A stretch of DNA of 64,000 bases from Hydrolagus colliei (taxonomy: Eukaryota): assembly GCA_035084275.1 (NCBI GenBank), contig CM068774.1:372001-436000 (forward strand), given 5' to 3'. Shown in pieces: positions 38,313-50,450 of this stretch. The notes beneath the pieces are model-generated. The model worked only from the letters and a program-made list of their open reading frames with translations, searched no databases and had not been told where the DNA came from. The stretch's first letter is position 1; the number at the start of each line of letters is the position of its first letter. A program made the translations under genes and the position numbers.

Positions 38313-38391
38313 CTCCATTGGCCAAACCCAGGGCATATTGTACAGAAATGAAGGTGAGGACAGAGAGACATCGGGGGCAGTTAATAAACAT
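38313..38391 (-). CDS. CD2/SLAM-family copy B leader exon MFINCPRCLSVLTFISVQYALGLANG
   Basis: ATG 38391, 79 bp, GGAG|gtaggg phase-1 donor. Confidence 0.8.
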
Positions 38392-39191
38392 TATTACTGT
38401 TTGTGTCTTGAGACCAGGAAGTGGCCACACCACAACTAACACGGAAACCAAGTCACTACACTGTGCAATATAGACCGAGAGAGAGGGGGAGAAAGAGAGA
38501 CACAGAGAGAGACTGATCGAGAGAGAGAGATGCAGAGACACAGAGAAAGACAGAGATACAGAGAGAGTGCGGGAATTAGAGAGTCTAGACACACATACTG
38601 TAAATAGGTGAAATTATAGTATCAGCATTAGTGATCATGTAGTGAACAATCGAGTCAATTAGTATGTGTTATACAAAAGATGCCATGTGGTTTGGAACAC
38701 AGACCCACACACAGACACACACACACAGACACACACACACATACACACACACATATACACACAATCAAACACATACGCAGCTCACTGTAGAGACATTGAG
38801 GTAGACTTACACTTTTGAATGTGATGAGATAACGGGATTGGGAGAATAGTGCTGAAAGGGCTGAGAGATGCTCAGATCAGTAAGTCACACAGGCAGAGCC
38901 AAACACAGGACAATCCAAACCAAAGACTGCGTAAATCGGGGGATACCTGCACCACATAATGTTTCTTTTATGTTTAGAATGATGATTTTCATTGAATCTT
39001 GTTAAGAGAGTATTCTAGTCGGCATTTAAGTGTGACAGTATTGATGCTGTGTGTGTCACTGTGATATATAATGCAGATGATATGTAACTCTCACTTATGT
39101 TTTTCTGCAATTAACAATAAAACTGTTTAAAATATATATATTTGGTGTTGTTTCTGACAAACGCTCCAAGGTGCGAAAACCTCACATAATT

Positions 39192-39209
39192 TGGTGACCA
39201 CGAAGGCAG
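39192..39209 (+). promoter_or_regulatory. Primer-binding site, tRNA-Arg type
   Basis: TGGTGACCACGAAGGCAG, a few nt after ...CTCACA and downstream of AATAAA (39116). Resembles the recalled tRNA-Arg(TCG) complement TGGCGACCACGAAGGGAC. Confidence 0.7.
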
Positions 39210-41334
39210 AGACAAGTGTCTTGGTCAAGAGACTAGGAGCCAATACTGTAATACTGTCTGTCGGAACACAAGGGTTTGAAGCGTTTGGCTGAATCATACT
39301 CAAGTATATCTGGGGTTTCACATGTAAACTAAATAGATAAATAAATGCAGACGACAGGGAACAAAACTAACAGAATGTTTGGGAAAGTGGGACCAACATT
39401 ATTGGAAACCTACATCACTAAACAGGGAAGGACGTACAGTATTCCTGGGGGATCAGAGGGTTTACATCAAACTATGGAGAATCATAAGGACCCATTAGAG
39501 GGAGCTATTGATTGGCCAGACTAGATGAGAAGACAGAAGCAAACACGACCACCATCCGCCCACAGGAACAGGCCGAGAGGGCGATACCGTCACAATCTAC
39601 TCTGCCGTGGTCATCAACATAGAAAGGGCAGAAAGGAAAGGGACTGAGCTGCCAAAGGTGATGAAGGAATCCATGCGGCTGTTAGAGGATAGGGAGGCAT
39701 CGTATTCACAGCAGATACAAGACGTTCAGACTAATCTGTCGGCCCAAACCCAGCACATTCCCACCTAACTTACTATCACCTCACAGCAAAATATAGTGTC
39801 TGGATCAGTGCTGCAGGGTCAACATGGGGCGGCAAGAGCAAGACGGTTACGGAACTGGAAACACTCTAATGACCTGCCCTCAGAGTAGAGGAGGTGACAG
39901 CGGCAACTCAAACCCCAGGCCCAGAGGGTGACTCCGACAGTGGGGTCCATATGGAATCAGCCCCTCCGTGGCCAGAACCTCTCCCTGTCCCATACCAAGG
40001 ATCCGCAGTGTCCAGGTAGCGACTGTTAGTAATAAAGGAAAGGACCAAACTCTTCCAACCCCACAAACCTCCCCTAATTATGGTTGGATGTCTAGTTCTA
40101 CTGCAGTGTCAGGCCAGGATCAGTCCCCCTCACCTGCATCGACATTTCGTGGACAATCTAATCAGGGAACATCCCCAGTGCTCCACCGTCCAATTCCTAT
40201 GCTCAGGAACAGTGTCTCCAGCACCCCCTCCTACCCTCCCACCCCCGTATCATCAGGCAGCCCCTCTATTGGCCATTGGGTAGTACATTGGCCCAGGAGA
40301 TTGGAAGAATCTCCCCCAATAAGCTCCTCCTAGTGTTCAGAAGTGAATGGTCAGTGTTTGGGCAGAGCCATGTGGAGTTCGATGGCTCTGGATTAGTTTG
40401 GGTTCTTTTCAAAACAACAGTGTTGAGCCTGAGTTACAGGGGAGACGGCCANNNNNNNNNNNNNNNNNNNNNNNNNNNNNNNNNNNNNNNNNNNNNNNNN
40501 NNNNNNNNNNNNNNNNNNNNNNNNNNNNNNNNNNNNNNNNNNNNNNNNNNNNNNNNNNNNNNNNNNNNNNNNNNNNNNNNNNNNNNNNNNNNNNNNNNNN
40601 NNNNNNNNNNNNNNNNNAGACAGAGCAGGCGCTGGGTCTCACTGGGGTCAATGTGGATCAGGACCTGAGAGAACACCCCCCACATTTGATCAGTGACTCT
40701 CTGTTTCAATGATCCCCAGTATATGGGGCGTACGAGGCCACCCACGCACAGCCATTGTACAGACAAAACCTTCTGGACAAACTCCAGCATAAAATCCAGA
40801 CTAAACTGTGGCTGGCGATCACAGCTGGAGACCAGTGGGACGATCGCTTCCCTGTTGTTGTTAAAGCCTGGGGACAAACGCCAAATAATAACCGCTCGGA
40901 CATTTCAACCTGAAGCCAAACAACAAGTGCTTTGTGGAGGGACCGAGACCCGAGGATCTCAGTCCAGGGCGCAGGGCACCTGGACAGCCAGGGAATAATG
41001 GGACCAGTGTTAGCCCAGGCCAGGAATGCAAACCACTCACCCTGTCACATGTGTGAGGAGCACAGGGACTGGGCGCAGACTTGTCCACAGTGGCCAACAG
41101 CACTAGTGACACCCCCCCCCCCCTCCGAGTGTGAGAGACACACTTCCCAAGCAGACGGTCACTACTGTCCCTCGGACCAAAGTCTTGTTGAGTGCGTTAC
41201 ACAGTTTAAAAATTCACAGAACTTTGATTGTTGCCCCAATGACACTGATAAACGTCCAGCCGCAGCTCAGCACAAACAGGTTGTTGTGATTGAAGCTGTC
41301 TCTGCCGTGCAGCATCTCGGACAAGGCCATCTCG

Positions 41335-41606
41335 GACCACTTCTCCTCTTCCATCACATCCTCTGACCTCCTACCCGTCTGGTCTTCCACCCACTCGCCC
41401 CCTCTCTTGCCAGTTTCAGGTCACGGCTGAAGACTTTTCTCTTCGACCGCACCTTTGGTCACCTTTCCCCGCCTGCCCCTGTCCCTGCCCCTGCCCCTGT
41501 CCCTGCCCCTGTCCCTGGCTCGGTCCCGGGATCCGCTATTGTGAAGCTGTGAGACGCTGTCTGGCGTGGAGGGCGCTGTATAAATCACAGTTGTTGTTGT
41601 TGTTGT
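41335..41606 (+). mobile_element. L2 3' end inserted in the ERV (copy B)
   Basis: ggctcggtcccgggatccgctattgtgaagc...(gtt)n; same family as 28672-28770. Confidence 0.85.
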
Positions 41607-44600
41607 TGTGTCCTGAGGCCAGATATGTTCCTAAGGCCAGACAGAGTATTCAGGTTAGAGATTGGGTGACCACAGCAGATTGACGGTGTCCGGCCTCCCC
41701 GACACTGGAACAGTCTGTTGCCTTTGAACAGTTTGAGAGGAACAGACCCTTTGCCAACACGGAGGTGAATGGAGGCCCATCACAATTAGTGTGGATCGAC
41801 ACGGGGTCGCAAGCCACCACAATACACTCTAACCCTCCATCTCAGGAATCGCATGTCACGGCAGAATGCGTTGAGTTATGTGGGTTTGACGGTAGTGTGA
41901 TGACCCCTTGGGTTGAGCTGACGCTGATTGAACCTTCCCGGTGACTAACGGGTGCTGAACTTTACCGGCCGCTCACACTAACCGGGAGCAGGGAACATTG
42001 GCGGCGGACGCTCTTGTAAAATACGCTGTGACAGTGGATTCTCTAATGGAAGCCTGTGGGTGGGGGGCCTGACTGGAGGGGGGGAGATGCCGTATCCAGC
42101 ACCGGGTGGTGATGGTCATGTGGTGTTTTTAATAAGAGACAGTGACGTCTACCCCCCAATGTCACTGCCCGATAACACAGTGGCCGACCAGCCTTCAGTG
42201 GGAGCTGCTCACCAGGACCACAGTGGCAAGCTAGTCACTGCGGGAACAATGAATGTACCGTCACATAAGCCGTGCCAACAAGACCCCACACCACGGGAAA
42301 GCCACTCACGTGTTGCCGACACTAGCCAATCTCTGACAAAACAGGGCGTCTCTCCAGAGGGTTGTTTCACTAGTAACTGACCTATTTGGCCTGTCCAGAA
42401 ACCTGACGGGAGCCTGCGTCTGACCATTGACTATTGGCGGCTCAACAGGTCTTCTCAGCGTCATGTTGTCCATTGTTAGTGACACCCTGACCTTACTAAC
42501 CTCCCCACCCCGACAAACTCGCCATTCCTCCACTTTGGATGTTTCTAATGGTTTCTGGAGTGGGTCAGTGTATCGGCGGAAAAGGCTCCTTCTGCTTTTG
42601 ACATCGGAAGTTTACAGACAACGTGCCAACCGTGTGTTGACGTGTTACAATGGCACAGAGAAGGCCAACCCTTCCCTCCACCGAAAGACTGTGACTGGGC
42701 CCCTGTAACTGTGACAGCACAGACAGATACAGACTGTACTTCTGAACCCATTGGAATGTACTCAGCCCCCCAGACACAAGCCCAGTTGTGTGTATACCCC
42801 CAGCATGGAAGAGGAAGTACAGTATTTACAATATTTCACATACACCCTACATCGGGTCACGTCTCTGCCACTGTCACAACACAGTTAATTTAACGTAATA
42901 TTGTCAAGTGGCCTGACACCAACGGGAGAACGTTGCAGGGAAACGTTTCTGGGAAATGCAAATTACGCTGGGAATTCAACAGAAATTGCGTATCTCACAG
43001 CACCCCCAGTCTTCAGGAGGGGCAGAAAGGGGGGAAATCGGAGCTTGAAGACATTGCTTAAGTAATTCTGTGCTGGGCTGAGATACTGCCTATGTGTTTG
43101 GTGGCTGTGAGAAACGCCACTCACTCTACGGCTGGCATTTCTCCCCACCAGGCTGTGGCAGGAACAGTTCTGGTGTCTCCTGGCGCAGACCTGTTTCCCA
43201 GAGCAACACAGAGCTCTACAAGCCAGTGCCTCCAGTGGTAATTGGGGGATAAAGATGAGGGATTGTGGACAGATCACAAACCAATTGGTCGCCACAAATA
43301 TTGGACGATACCCGGCAAACGTTAAAAGATGCTTTGATACAAAAATGAAACCAGGTTGGGGATTGAGTGATGGTACTCGACTCTGGGGAAAGGGAACTCA
43401 CATTCTGTCCTCAGGACAAAGGGCCTTTTCCCATCATTGATAAAGCCAGTCCCTCTGTTTATCTTCTGCAGTGTCATCACAAAAACAAGAAATAAACGCG
43501 TTGGCATCACATCAATCTGTTAGAAACTCTATAATAACAGATATGATGTTAAAATGATATTATTATATTTTGATATTATGTTAGAAACTGTATAATAACA
43601 GATATGATGCTTGTTTTACAGGACTACGGTACTTCTGATGTGTGGCTGACAATAACCATGATTCTGAGAGCCGTTAGAATTGGGCGTAAAGGGAGCACCC
43701 CCCACATCAAGCCGACAACATGGTACACCTGTCACACCACAAGCTACGAGGGGCAGACACTCAATGGCTGATAGAGGATGGAGCGTCACTGATGAACTAT
43801 GAACTTTGGACAATATTACGTACAAGGGGGGATGGAGCCAGACCAACTCGCAAGGCAAAGCATACAAAGGAAGAGGATATGGCCACAGAGGGTACTTCAG
43901 ATGGGTAGGGATGGCTTGGCAAACTAATGGGACAATAAGTATAACAAATGGAACCACCAGTTCAAACATAAGTTTCCAACTGACAGGGACAGTTAATGCA
44001 TAAGAAATGGGTTTCTCAAAAGTAGGGCCAGGAAATGAAACAAGTCCCTGTCCTGGTCGTCCCCATGTCAAGATAATTAAGGCCAGGGAAATTGCACTTC
44101 CCGAACGTCCATAAAAGACATGCTGTGTGGGTGGGGGGGGCTCTGCACATATGTCAGAATGGAACAATACCAACCTAATGAGGGCATCAGTACACAAACC
44201 AGACAACAGCATCAATGGCACATGTAACTCACTCATGTTTTTGGAGGGTCCAACAAATGGCCTAGTGCCAGAAGGAAGCCATCAAATTGCGTAAACTGGA
44301 GTAGAATGGGAAAGTGTCCCGGCCAGAGTTGATGTAACTAATACTACCCTACCCAATACGCCGTGTGACAGCCACTCTGACAACTGGTTTAAAGCCAAGT
44401 CCTGAAGAAGTGGGAAACGTACTTCCACCAAAAATCTGCGGGAAAACAGTGGCAACTGTGAGTCCCCCCAGTTACCATCACTCACCAAACCCCGTAAACG
44501 TAGCTCAGCGACTGACTGGGTTGTAGGAGGAGCCGCTATTGGGGCAGGGTTTGAATGGTTTAGACATTGGAAACCACTACAGTACTATCATCAGGGGGTG

Positions 44601-44828
44601 TGCAATCCTCAGTTACATATTTTGCTTAATCAACACAACAAACAGAGGGGAGGTTTGAGGCAAGAAGCGTGAGAATCCGTCCTGTCAATTAATGAGATAG
44701 TAGGAGGCATGACTCCAATACAGGACAAAATTAACGAGCTAATTAAGAACCAAGAAATCAAGACTGTGTGTTTAATACGAGACTTAGAGAAACAGAGAGA
44801 CATAAACACTCACTCTCTCTCTCCCTAC

Positions 44829-44907
44829 CTCCATTGGCCAAACCCAGGGTATATTGTACAGAAATGAAGGTGAGGACAGAGAGAAGTTGGGGGAAGTTAA
44901 TAAACAT
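44829..44907 (-). pseudogene. Orphan CD2/SLAM leader exon, copy C (MFINFPQLLSVLTFISVQYTLGLANG), with duplicated promoter region to ~46010
   Basis: Intact ATG and donor; the intron is cut after ~70 bp where it abuts ERV env at 44760. Confidence 0.75.
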
Positions 44908-45314
44908 TATTACTGTTTTGTGTCTTGAGACCAGGAAGTGGCCACACCACAACTAACACGGAAACCCAGTCACTACACTGTGCAATATAGACCGAGAGAG
45001 AGGGGGAGAAAGAGAGACACTGAGAGAGACTGAGAGAGAGACAGAGACACAGAGAGAGTGCAGAAACTAGAGAGTCTAGACACACATATTGTAAATAGTT
45101 GAAATTACAGTATAAGTATTATTGATCATGTAGTGAACAATCTGGTCAATTAGGAATGTGTTAAACAAAAGATGCCATGTGGTTTGGAACACACACACAC
45201 ACACACACACAGACACACATACAAACACACAGTTCACTGCAGAGACATTGAGATAGACTTATACTTGAATTAATGTCCTCTCGACGTGAAAGGCACTATA
45301 TACATGTAAGTTTT

Positions 45315-45734
45315 GATTGATTGATTGGTTGGTTGGTTGTTTGGTTGGTTGGTTGGTGGGTGGTTGGTTGGTGGGTGGTTGGTTGGTGGGTGGTTGGGTG
45401 GGTGGTTGGTTGGTTGGTGGGGTGGTTTGTTGGTTGGTGGGTGGTTGGTTGGGTGGTTGGTGGGTGGTTGGGTGGTGGGTTGGTTGGTTGGTTGTTTGGT
45501 TGGTTGATTGGTTGGTTGGTGGGTGGTTGCGTGGTTGGTTGGTTGGTGGGTGGTTGGTTGGGTGGTGGGTTAGTTGGTTGGTTGTTTGGTTGGTTGGTTG
45601 GTTGGTTGGTGGGTGGTTGGTTGGTTGGTTGGTTGGTTGGTTGGGTGGTTGGTAGGGTGGTTGGTTGGTTGGTTGTTTGATTGGTTGGTTGGGTGGTGGG
45701 TTGGTTGGTTGGTGGGTGGTTGGGTGGTTGGGTG

Positions 45735-45767
<33 letters not shown>

Positions 45768-45912
45768 TTGGTTGGTTGGTGGGTGGTTGGGTGGTTGGTT
45801 GGGCGGTGGGTTGGTTGGTTGGTTGGTTGGTTGGTGGGTGGTTGGATGGTTGGGTGGATGGTTGGGTGTTTGGGTGGGTGGTGGGTTGGTTGGTTGGTTG
45901 GTTGATTGATTG
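45315..45912. repeat. (GGTT/GGTG)n microsatellite, ~600 bp
   Basis: Direct reading; absent at the homologous promoter position of copies A and B. Confidence 0.95.
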
Positions 45913-46039
45913 AATGTGACTAGATAAAGGGATTGGGAGAATAGCGCTGAAAGGGCTGAGAAAGCTTCAGATCAGTAAGTCAGACAGGCAGAGCCAAACA
46001 CAGGACAATCGACATCAAAGATGGAAAACATTATGTTGG

Positions 46040-47290
46040 TTAAATCGAAAACACGTCAATAGAAACATTGTAAATCAGCACAATACATGTGCGTCCACCC
46101 CCGATTTACCACGTCTCTATTTTCTGCCTCTATTTTCTGTCTCTATTTTCTGTCTCTATTTTCTGTCTCTATTTTCTGTCTCTATTTTCTGTCTCTATTT
46201 TCTCCTAATTTTGTTGTTGCTGTTGATGTGAACCTAAAACCAGCTTTAATCTTCAGTAACATTTCCCAAGTAAGAGTCAGCAGCCTGTCAGTATTGCTAC
46301 TGAAATAAACTACACTGAGCAGCATTGTGTCCAAATCTCCCAGCACATACAGGTTTCCCCTGATTTACCACGTCTCTATTTACCTGTTTTCCATTTAACA
46401 AACATAATTTTTTAACACCTTTGTATAGATGAAAAATACTTTGTTTCGTTGAACGACAAAAAATGTTGCATATCTTTTTTGCGCATGTGCAGAAAATAGT
46501 GTAATTCACAGTAAATACACAGAATGTTTACTGTATCCAAGCGTTTGAACTGGCCAATAGCATGTCACCACAGCTACGTCATTGTTTCAAACCCAGCTTC
46601 TTTTGAAGCCACACCACACAGTGTCGAGAGATTTACAGCCTCTACAATGTCAGAAAAGAGACCGGTAACTGAAATGAGCAGCGGTAATATTGCTACTGGT
46701 AAGAGACCCCGCAAAGTCATCACTTTAGATACTAAATCTTGCCTTTGTGTGTTATTTCATGTGTTTTGTTTATTATTTCTTGTGTTTTGCGTGTTATTTT
46801 AGTGTGTTTTGTATGTTATTTTATCTGTTTTTTGCTATTTTGTTATTTTGTGACTTTTGTGTGTTATTCTATGTCTTTCTTTTGAAGCGACACCACACAG
46901 TGTCGAGCGATTTACAGTCTCTACCGCGTTTCTTCAATGTCAGAAAAGAGACCGGTAAGTGAAATGAGCAGCAGTATGAGACCCTGCAAAGTCATCACTT
47001 TAGATACTAAATCTTGCCTATGTGTGTTACTTTATGTGTTATATTGTGTGTTTGTGTGTTATTTTGTGTGTTTGCATGTTAGTTTAGTGTTTTTTGTGTG
47101 TTATTTTAGCGTGTTTTGTGTTATTTTGTGTTTTTTTGTGTTATTTTAATGTTTTATGTGTTAGTTTGTGTGTTATTTTGTGTGTTTGTGTGTTAGTTTA
47201 GTGTGTATAAACTCCGAAGATTTTGTCAAAAGAACGTATCTCAGGTTAAACAATGGGACCACATGGGAAACCGCGTTCCTCTGTTTGTCC
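46040..47290 (+). mobile_element. pogo/Tigger-like element (rearranged, internal duplications, 13-bp tandem repeat 46105-46202)
   Basis: Same MSEKRPVTEMSSGNIATGKRPRKVITLDTK remnant (twice) and TIR-like caggtttcccctgatttaccacgtctctattt as 22090-22905. Confidence 0.7.
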
Positions 47291-47329
47291 CCAATGGCGA
47301 TGGTCAGTGGATGAAGCGATGACTGTGTT

Positions 47330-47920
47330 TGATTTGTATTTGAGGCGACGGGCTCGTTACAGGAAACTAATCCCTGCTCTATACACCAACAGTCCCCATC
47401 TTGAGGGCGACAAACAAGATGTCACTTGTTGGAGGCCTCACTTTATTCTGGAGAAGCGAGAGGCAGGCCATGGTTATTGAACAAGCCGAGCACATGTCAC
47501 TGATCAGTTTGAACTGTTTCTAATTGATCGATGTGGTGTCACTTGGCCTTCTTTTTATCCCTCTTGTGTGTCTAGTGTAACAGATATACAGATGGGCTGC
47601 CTCTGTGTACTGTGGGAAAGGGGCCTTTCCACTTTGGGGGTGAAAAGGTGTTTTTTCTTGCCCTAGTCCAGCAGCATTACTGTTTCTCCAATTTGGTTCT
47701 CGTGCGTTTTTACCCTTTTATCAAAATATTTCTTCATCCGATCCCTGGCTCGGCCGCTGTTCTGGGCACAGGTGGGTTAGTGATCTGAACCTACTGTAAC
47801 ATATTCCCCCCCCAGGGAAAATCAACATCAAAACATCATCCACATATTGCAAACCCGCCCGAGTGTCGCAATTCCCAACCCTCTCAGCCCAGTGTACATC
47901 CCTTTGTGGGAGACCAATCC
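47330..47920 (-). mobile_element. Related ERV fragment (RT YVDD piece fused to integrase GPF tail)
   Basis: The minus strand reads GLQYVDDVLM (~47840) and PKWKGPFPTVHRGSPSVYLL (~47600), paralleling the main ERV. Confidence 0.65.
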
Positions 47921-48959
47921 CAATCAATCCCAATGACATTGATACAGAGAGCGCCTTTCACATCGGGGGGGAGGACATCCCAAGGCGCTGTACAGTCAGG
48001 GAGGGACCAGAGTGGGGGGGGGGGGGGGGGGGGAGGGGGGAAGAGAGCAGGAGAATTGACTGTGTATTTGAGGGTGAAACGCAGCAGCCAAATTGCGCAC
48101 AGCAGCGTCGCACAAACAGCCGCGGAAGTGGGATTAGTGGAGAAAGGGGGGAAACATCGTTGGTGAGTTGTGGAATCCCTGTGGCAGACACGTCCAACTA
48201 TACTGTTGTCCCTCGAACGTGAAGGCAACAGCTGGCTGGCCCCCTCTCCCCCCTCTCCTCGCTCTCCCCCCCCTCCCCCCTCTCCACCCTCTCCCCGCTC
48301 TCCACCCTCTCCCCGCTCTCCACCCTCTCCCCCCTCTCCCCTCTCCCCGCTCTCCTCCCTCTCCCCCCTCTCCTCGCTCTCCCCCCTCTCACTGATTCAC
48401 TGGAGACAATAAAACAGCTCCTTACACTACCCCAGCTTGGCTACATTATTTATTATTACAGTATTATCTCTTCGTTCGCTCCGCTCTCCCTTCTCTCATC
48501 ACTCGCTCCGCTCTCCCTTCTCCTCCCAAGGCTGCATCGCGCGAGGCAGGTGAACTCCCACATGCCCATGTACACAGGCCCAGCCAGTGCGTAGACACAA
48601 GTTTTACTCGCGTTGCGCAAAAAAGTGAGGCATTTTATTCTTCGCGTTTGGTTGAATTCACAATGGAGAAAGTCGCGATGGACGAGGGCCGACTGCACTG
48701 TATATTCTGTGAAGCGTTTGAGACGTTGATATGATGTGAAAAGCGCGATATCAAATACAAGGATCAGTGTTATTATTATTGTTACTATGGCAAGTTACAG
48801 CTGTCAAACCTGTCACACACGTTTGGGATATTATAACACATCATGGAGCTGTTTACACAATCAAACACACTGAGGGGCACGATTGACAGGAACTATTAAC
48901 ACACGACAACAACAGCAACTGTTAACAACAACAGCAACTCAATTACATTGATAGAAGCG

Positions 48960-49385
48960 TCTTTCACGTTGGGAGGATGTCCCAAGGCACTGAACAATCA
49001 GGTCGGGACCTGATCGGGTGGTGGGGGTGAGGTGAGGGGGGGGTGAGGGTTGGGGGGGGTGAGGGTTGGAGGTTGAAGGGGAAGGTTGGGGGGTGAGGGT
49101 TGTGGGGGGTGAGGGTTGGGGGGGGTGAGGGTTGGGGGGGTGAGGGTTGGGGGTTGAAGGGGAAGGAGAGTAGGAGAGGGGGGAGAGTTAGGAGGGGACC
49201 AGAGACAAGGTTGAAAAGGGAGGTGTTGAGACCGGCCTTGAAGGAGGAAAGAGAGGACGTGAGGTGAAGGGATTGTGGGATGCAGTTCCTCAGTGTGGGG
49301 GCAGAGAGGCTGAAAGCCCGGTCAGCGATGGTGGGGAGGTTAGGGCGGTGGACGCGGAGGAGGCCAGAGCCCACTGAGCGGAGGG
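48960..49385 (-). mobile_element. L2 3' fragment
   Basis: GSGLLRVHRP...ADRAFSLSAPTLRN, typical of the L2 ORF2 C-terminus. Confidence 0.8.
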
Positions 49386-49439
49386 GACGGGCAGGCTGAT
49401 GACAATGCTAACATTGCTAATGTACTAACCACTGACCAG

Positions 49440-49700
49440 GCTGTTCTCACAAATCACAAACACGATTGTGGTAAGTTAGACGGGCAAGTTAATATCAGGG
49501 GTGAGGTTCCTCCACATCCTCAGAAGCAATATTGCTTTCCTCAGGAAGCTGATTTACGTGTGCAACATTGCCACGTCTAACAATTCTCCTATTTGGGCCG
49601 GTTAGAAAACCAGAGGGTTCATGGCGATTGACTATCGATTGTAGGAGATTAAATCAGTGCGCGCAATCCTGTTCTCCCACAGTGGCGTCCACACCCAATG
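49440..49700 (+). mobile_element. ERV pol fragment (RT N-terminus)
   Basis: VPPHPQKQYCFPQEA and PVRKPEGSWRLTIDCRRLN...SPTVASTP. Confidence 0.7.
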
Positions 49701-49779
49701 TACTCCAGAAAACTGCACCTCACATCACAGACATCCTGGTTAGGATTAGTCGGGTAGTGCAGGGATTTGATTGAAGACT

Positions 49780-50450
49780 TTGCTACACTCAGTTTGGAAA
49801 AATAATAAATAGTGAGGAGCCATCTGCAAGAAGATATAGAGCATATGGTAAAATGGGCAGACACATGGCAAATTAAGTTTAGTGGAGAGAAATGTGAGGT
49901 GATGCATTTTGGGAGGAGAAATGAGGGGAGGCAATATAGACTAGGTAGTGCAATTTTAAGGGGTGCGAAGTACAGAGAGACCTGTGGGTTTGAGTGAATG
50001 ATTCTTTGAAGGTGACAGGACAGGTAGACAAGGCTGTTAAAAAAGCATACCGGATACTAGGCTTTATAAATAGGGGCATAGAGTACAATGTCAGGAAGTT
50101 CTGACTAAACTCTATACAAGTTGGTTAGGCCTCAGATAGAGTTCTGTGTACAATTCTGGTCACCACACCTTAGGAAGGATGTTGAAGCATTGGAAAGGGA
50201 GCAGAGGAGATTTACTAGGATGGTACCAGGAATGAGGGACTTCAGTTATGAGGAAAGGCTAGAGAGGCTGGGTTTATTCACATTGGAGCAGGTAAACAGG
50301 GAAAAACTGTTTCTACTGGTGGGTGTGTGAGGTTTGCGAGGTTATGGGGAGAGAGCTGGGGAGTGGGATTGAGTTGCTCTTTTCAAACAGCCGGCACAGA
50401 CTCGACGGGCCGAATGGCCTCCTTTTGTGCCGTAAGATTCGATGATACAG
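49780..50450 (+). mobile_element. CR1 3' fragment (older, diverged)
   Basis: HLQEDIEHMVKWADTWQIKF and VRPQIEFCVQFWSPH...RMVPGMRDFSYEERL. Confidence 0.85.

Larger units (their letters stand above)
38958..44760 (+). mobile_element. Degraded endogenous retrovirus, copy B (putative LTR, PBS, gag, pro, pol, truncated env), spuma-related/SnRV-like
   Basis: Gag knuckle CHMCEEHRDWAQTCP (~41042); protease WIDTGSQATTI (~41793); RT PIWPVQKPDGSLRLTIDYWRLN and STLDVSNGFWS (42380-42560); integrase KGPFPIIDKASPSVY (~43420); env KPRKR|SSATDWVVGGAAIGAG (~44490). Confidence 0.88.

Noticed and set aside
38958-44760. Intact or domesticated retroviral gene (syncytin-like env)
   Set aside because: gag, pol and env are all interrupted by stops and frameshifts, and env is truncated before the TM domain in copy B. 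The env of copy A continues outside the window.
45317-45913. Trp/Gly/Val/Leu-rich membrane-protein ORFs
   Set aside because: (GGTT)n microsatellite translations.
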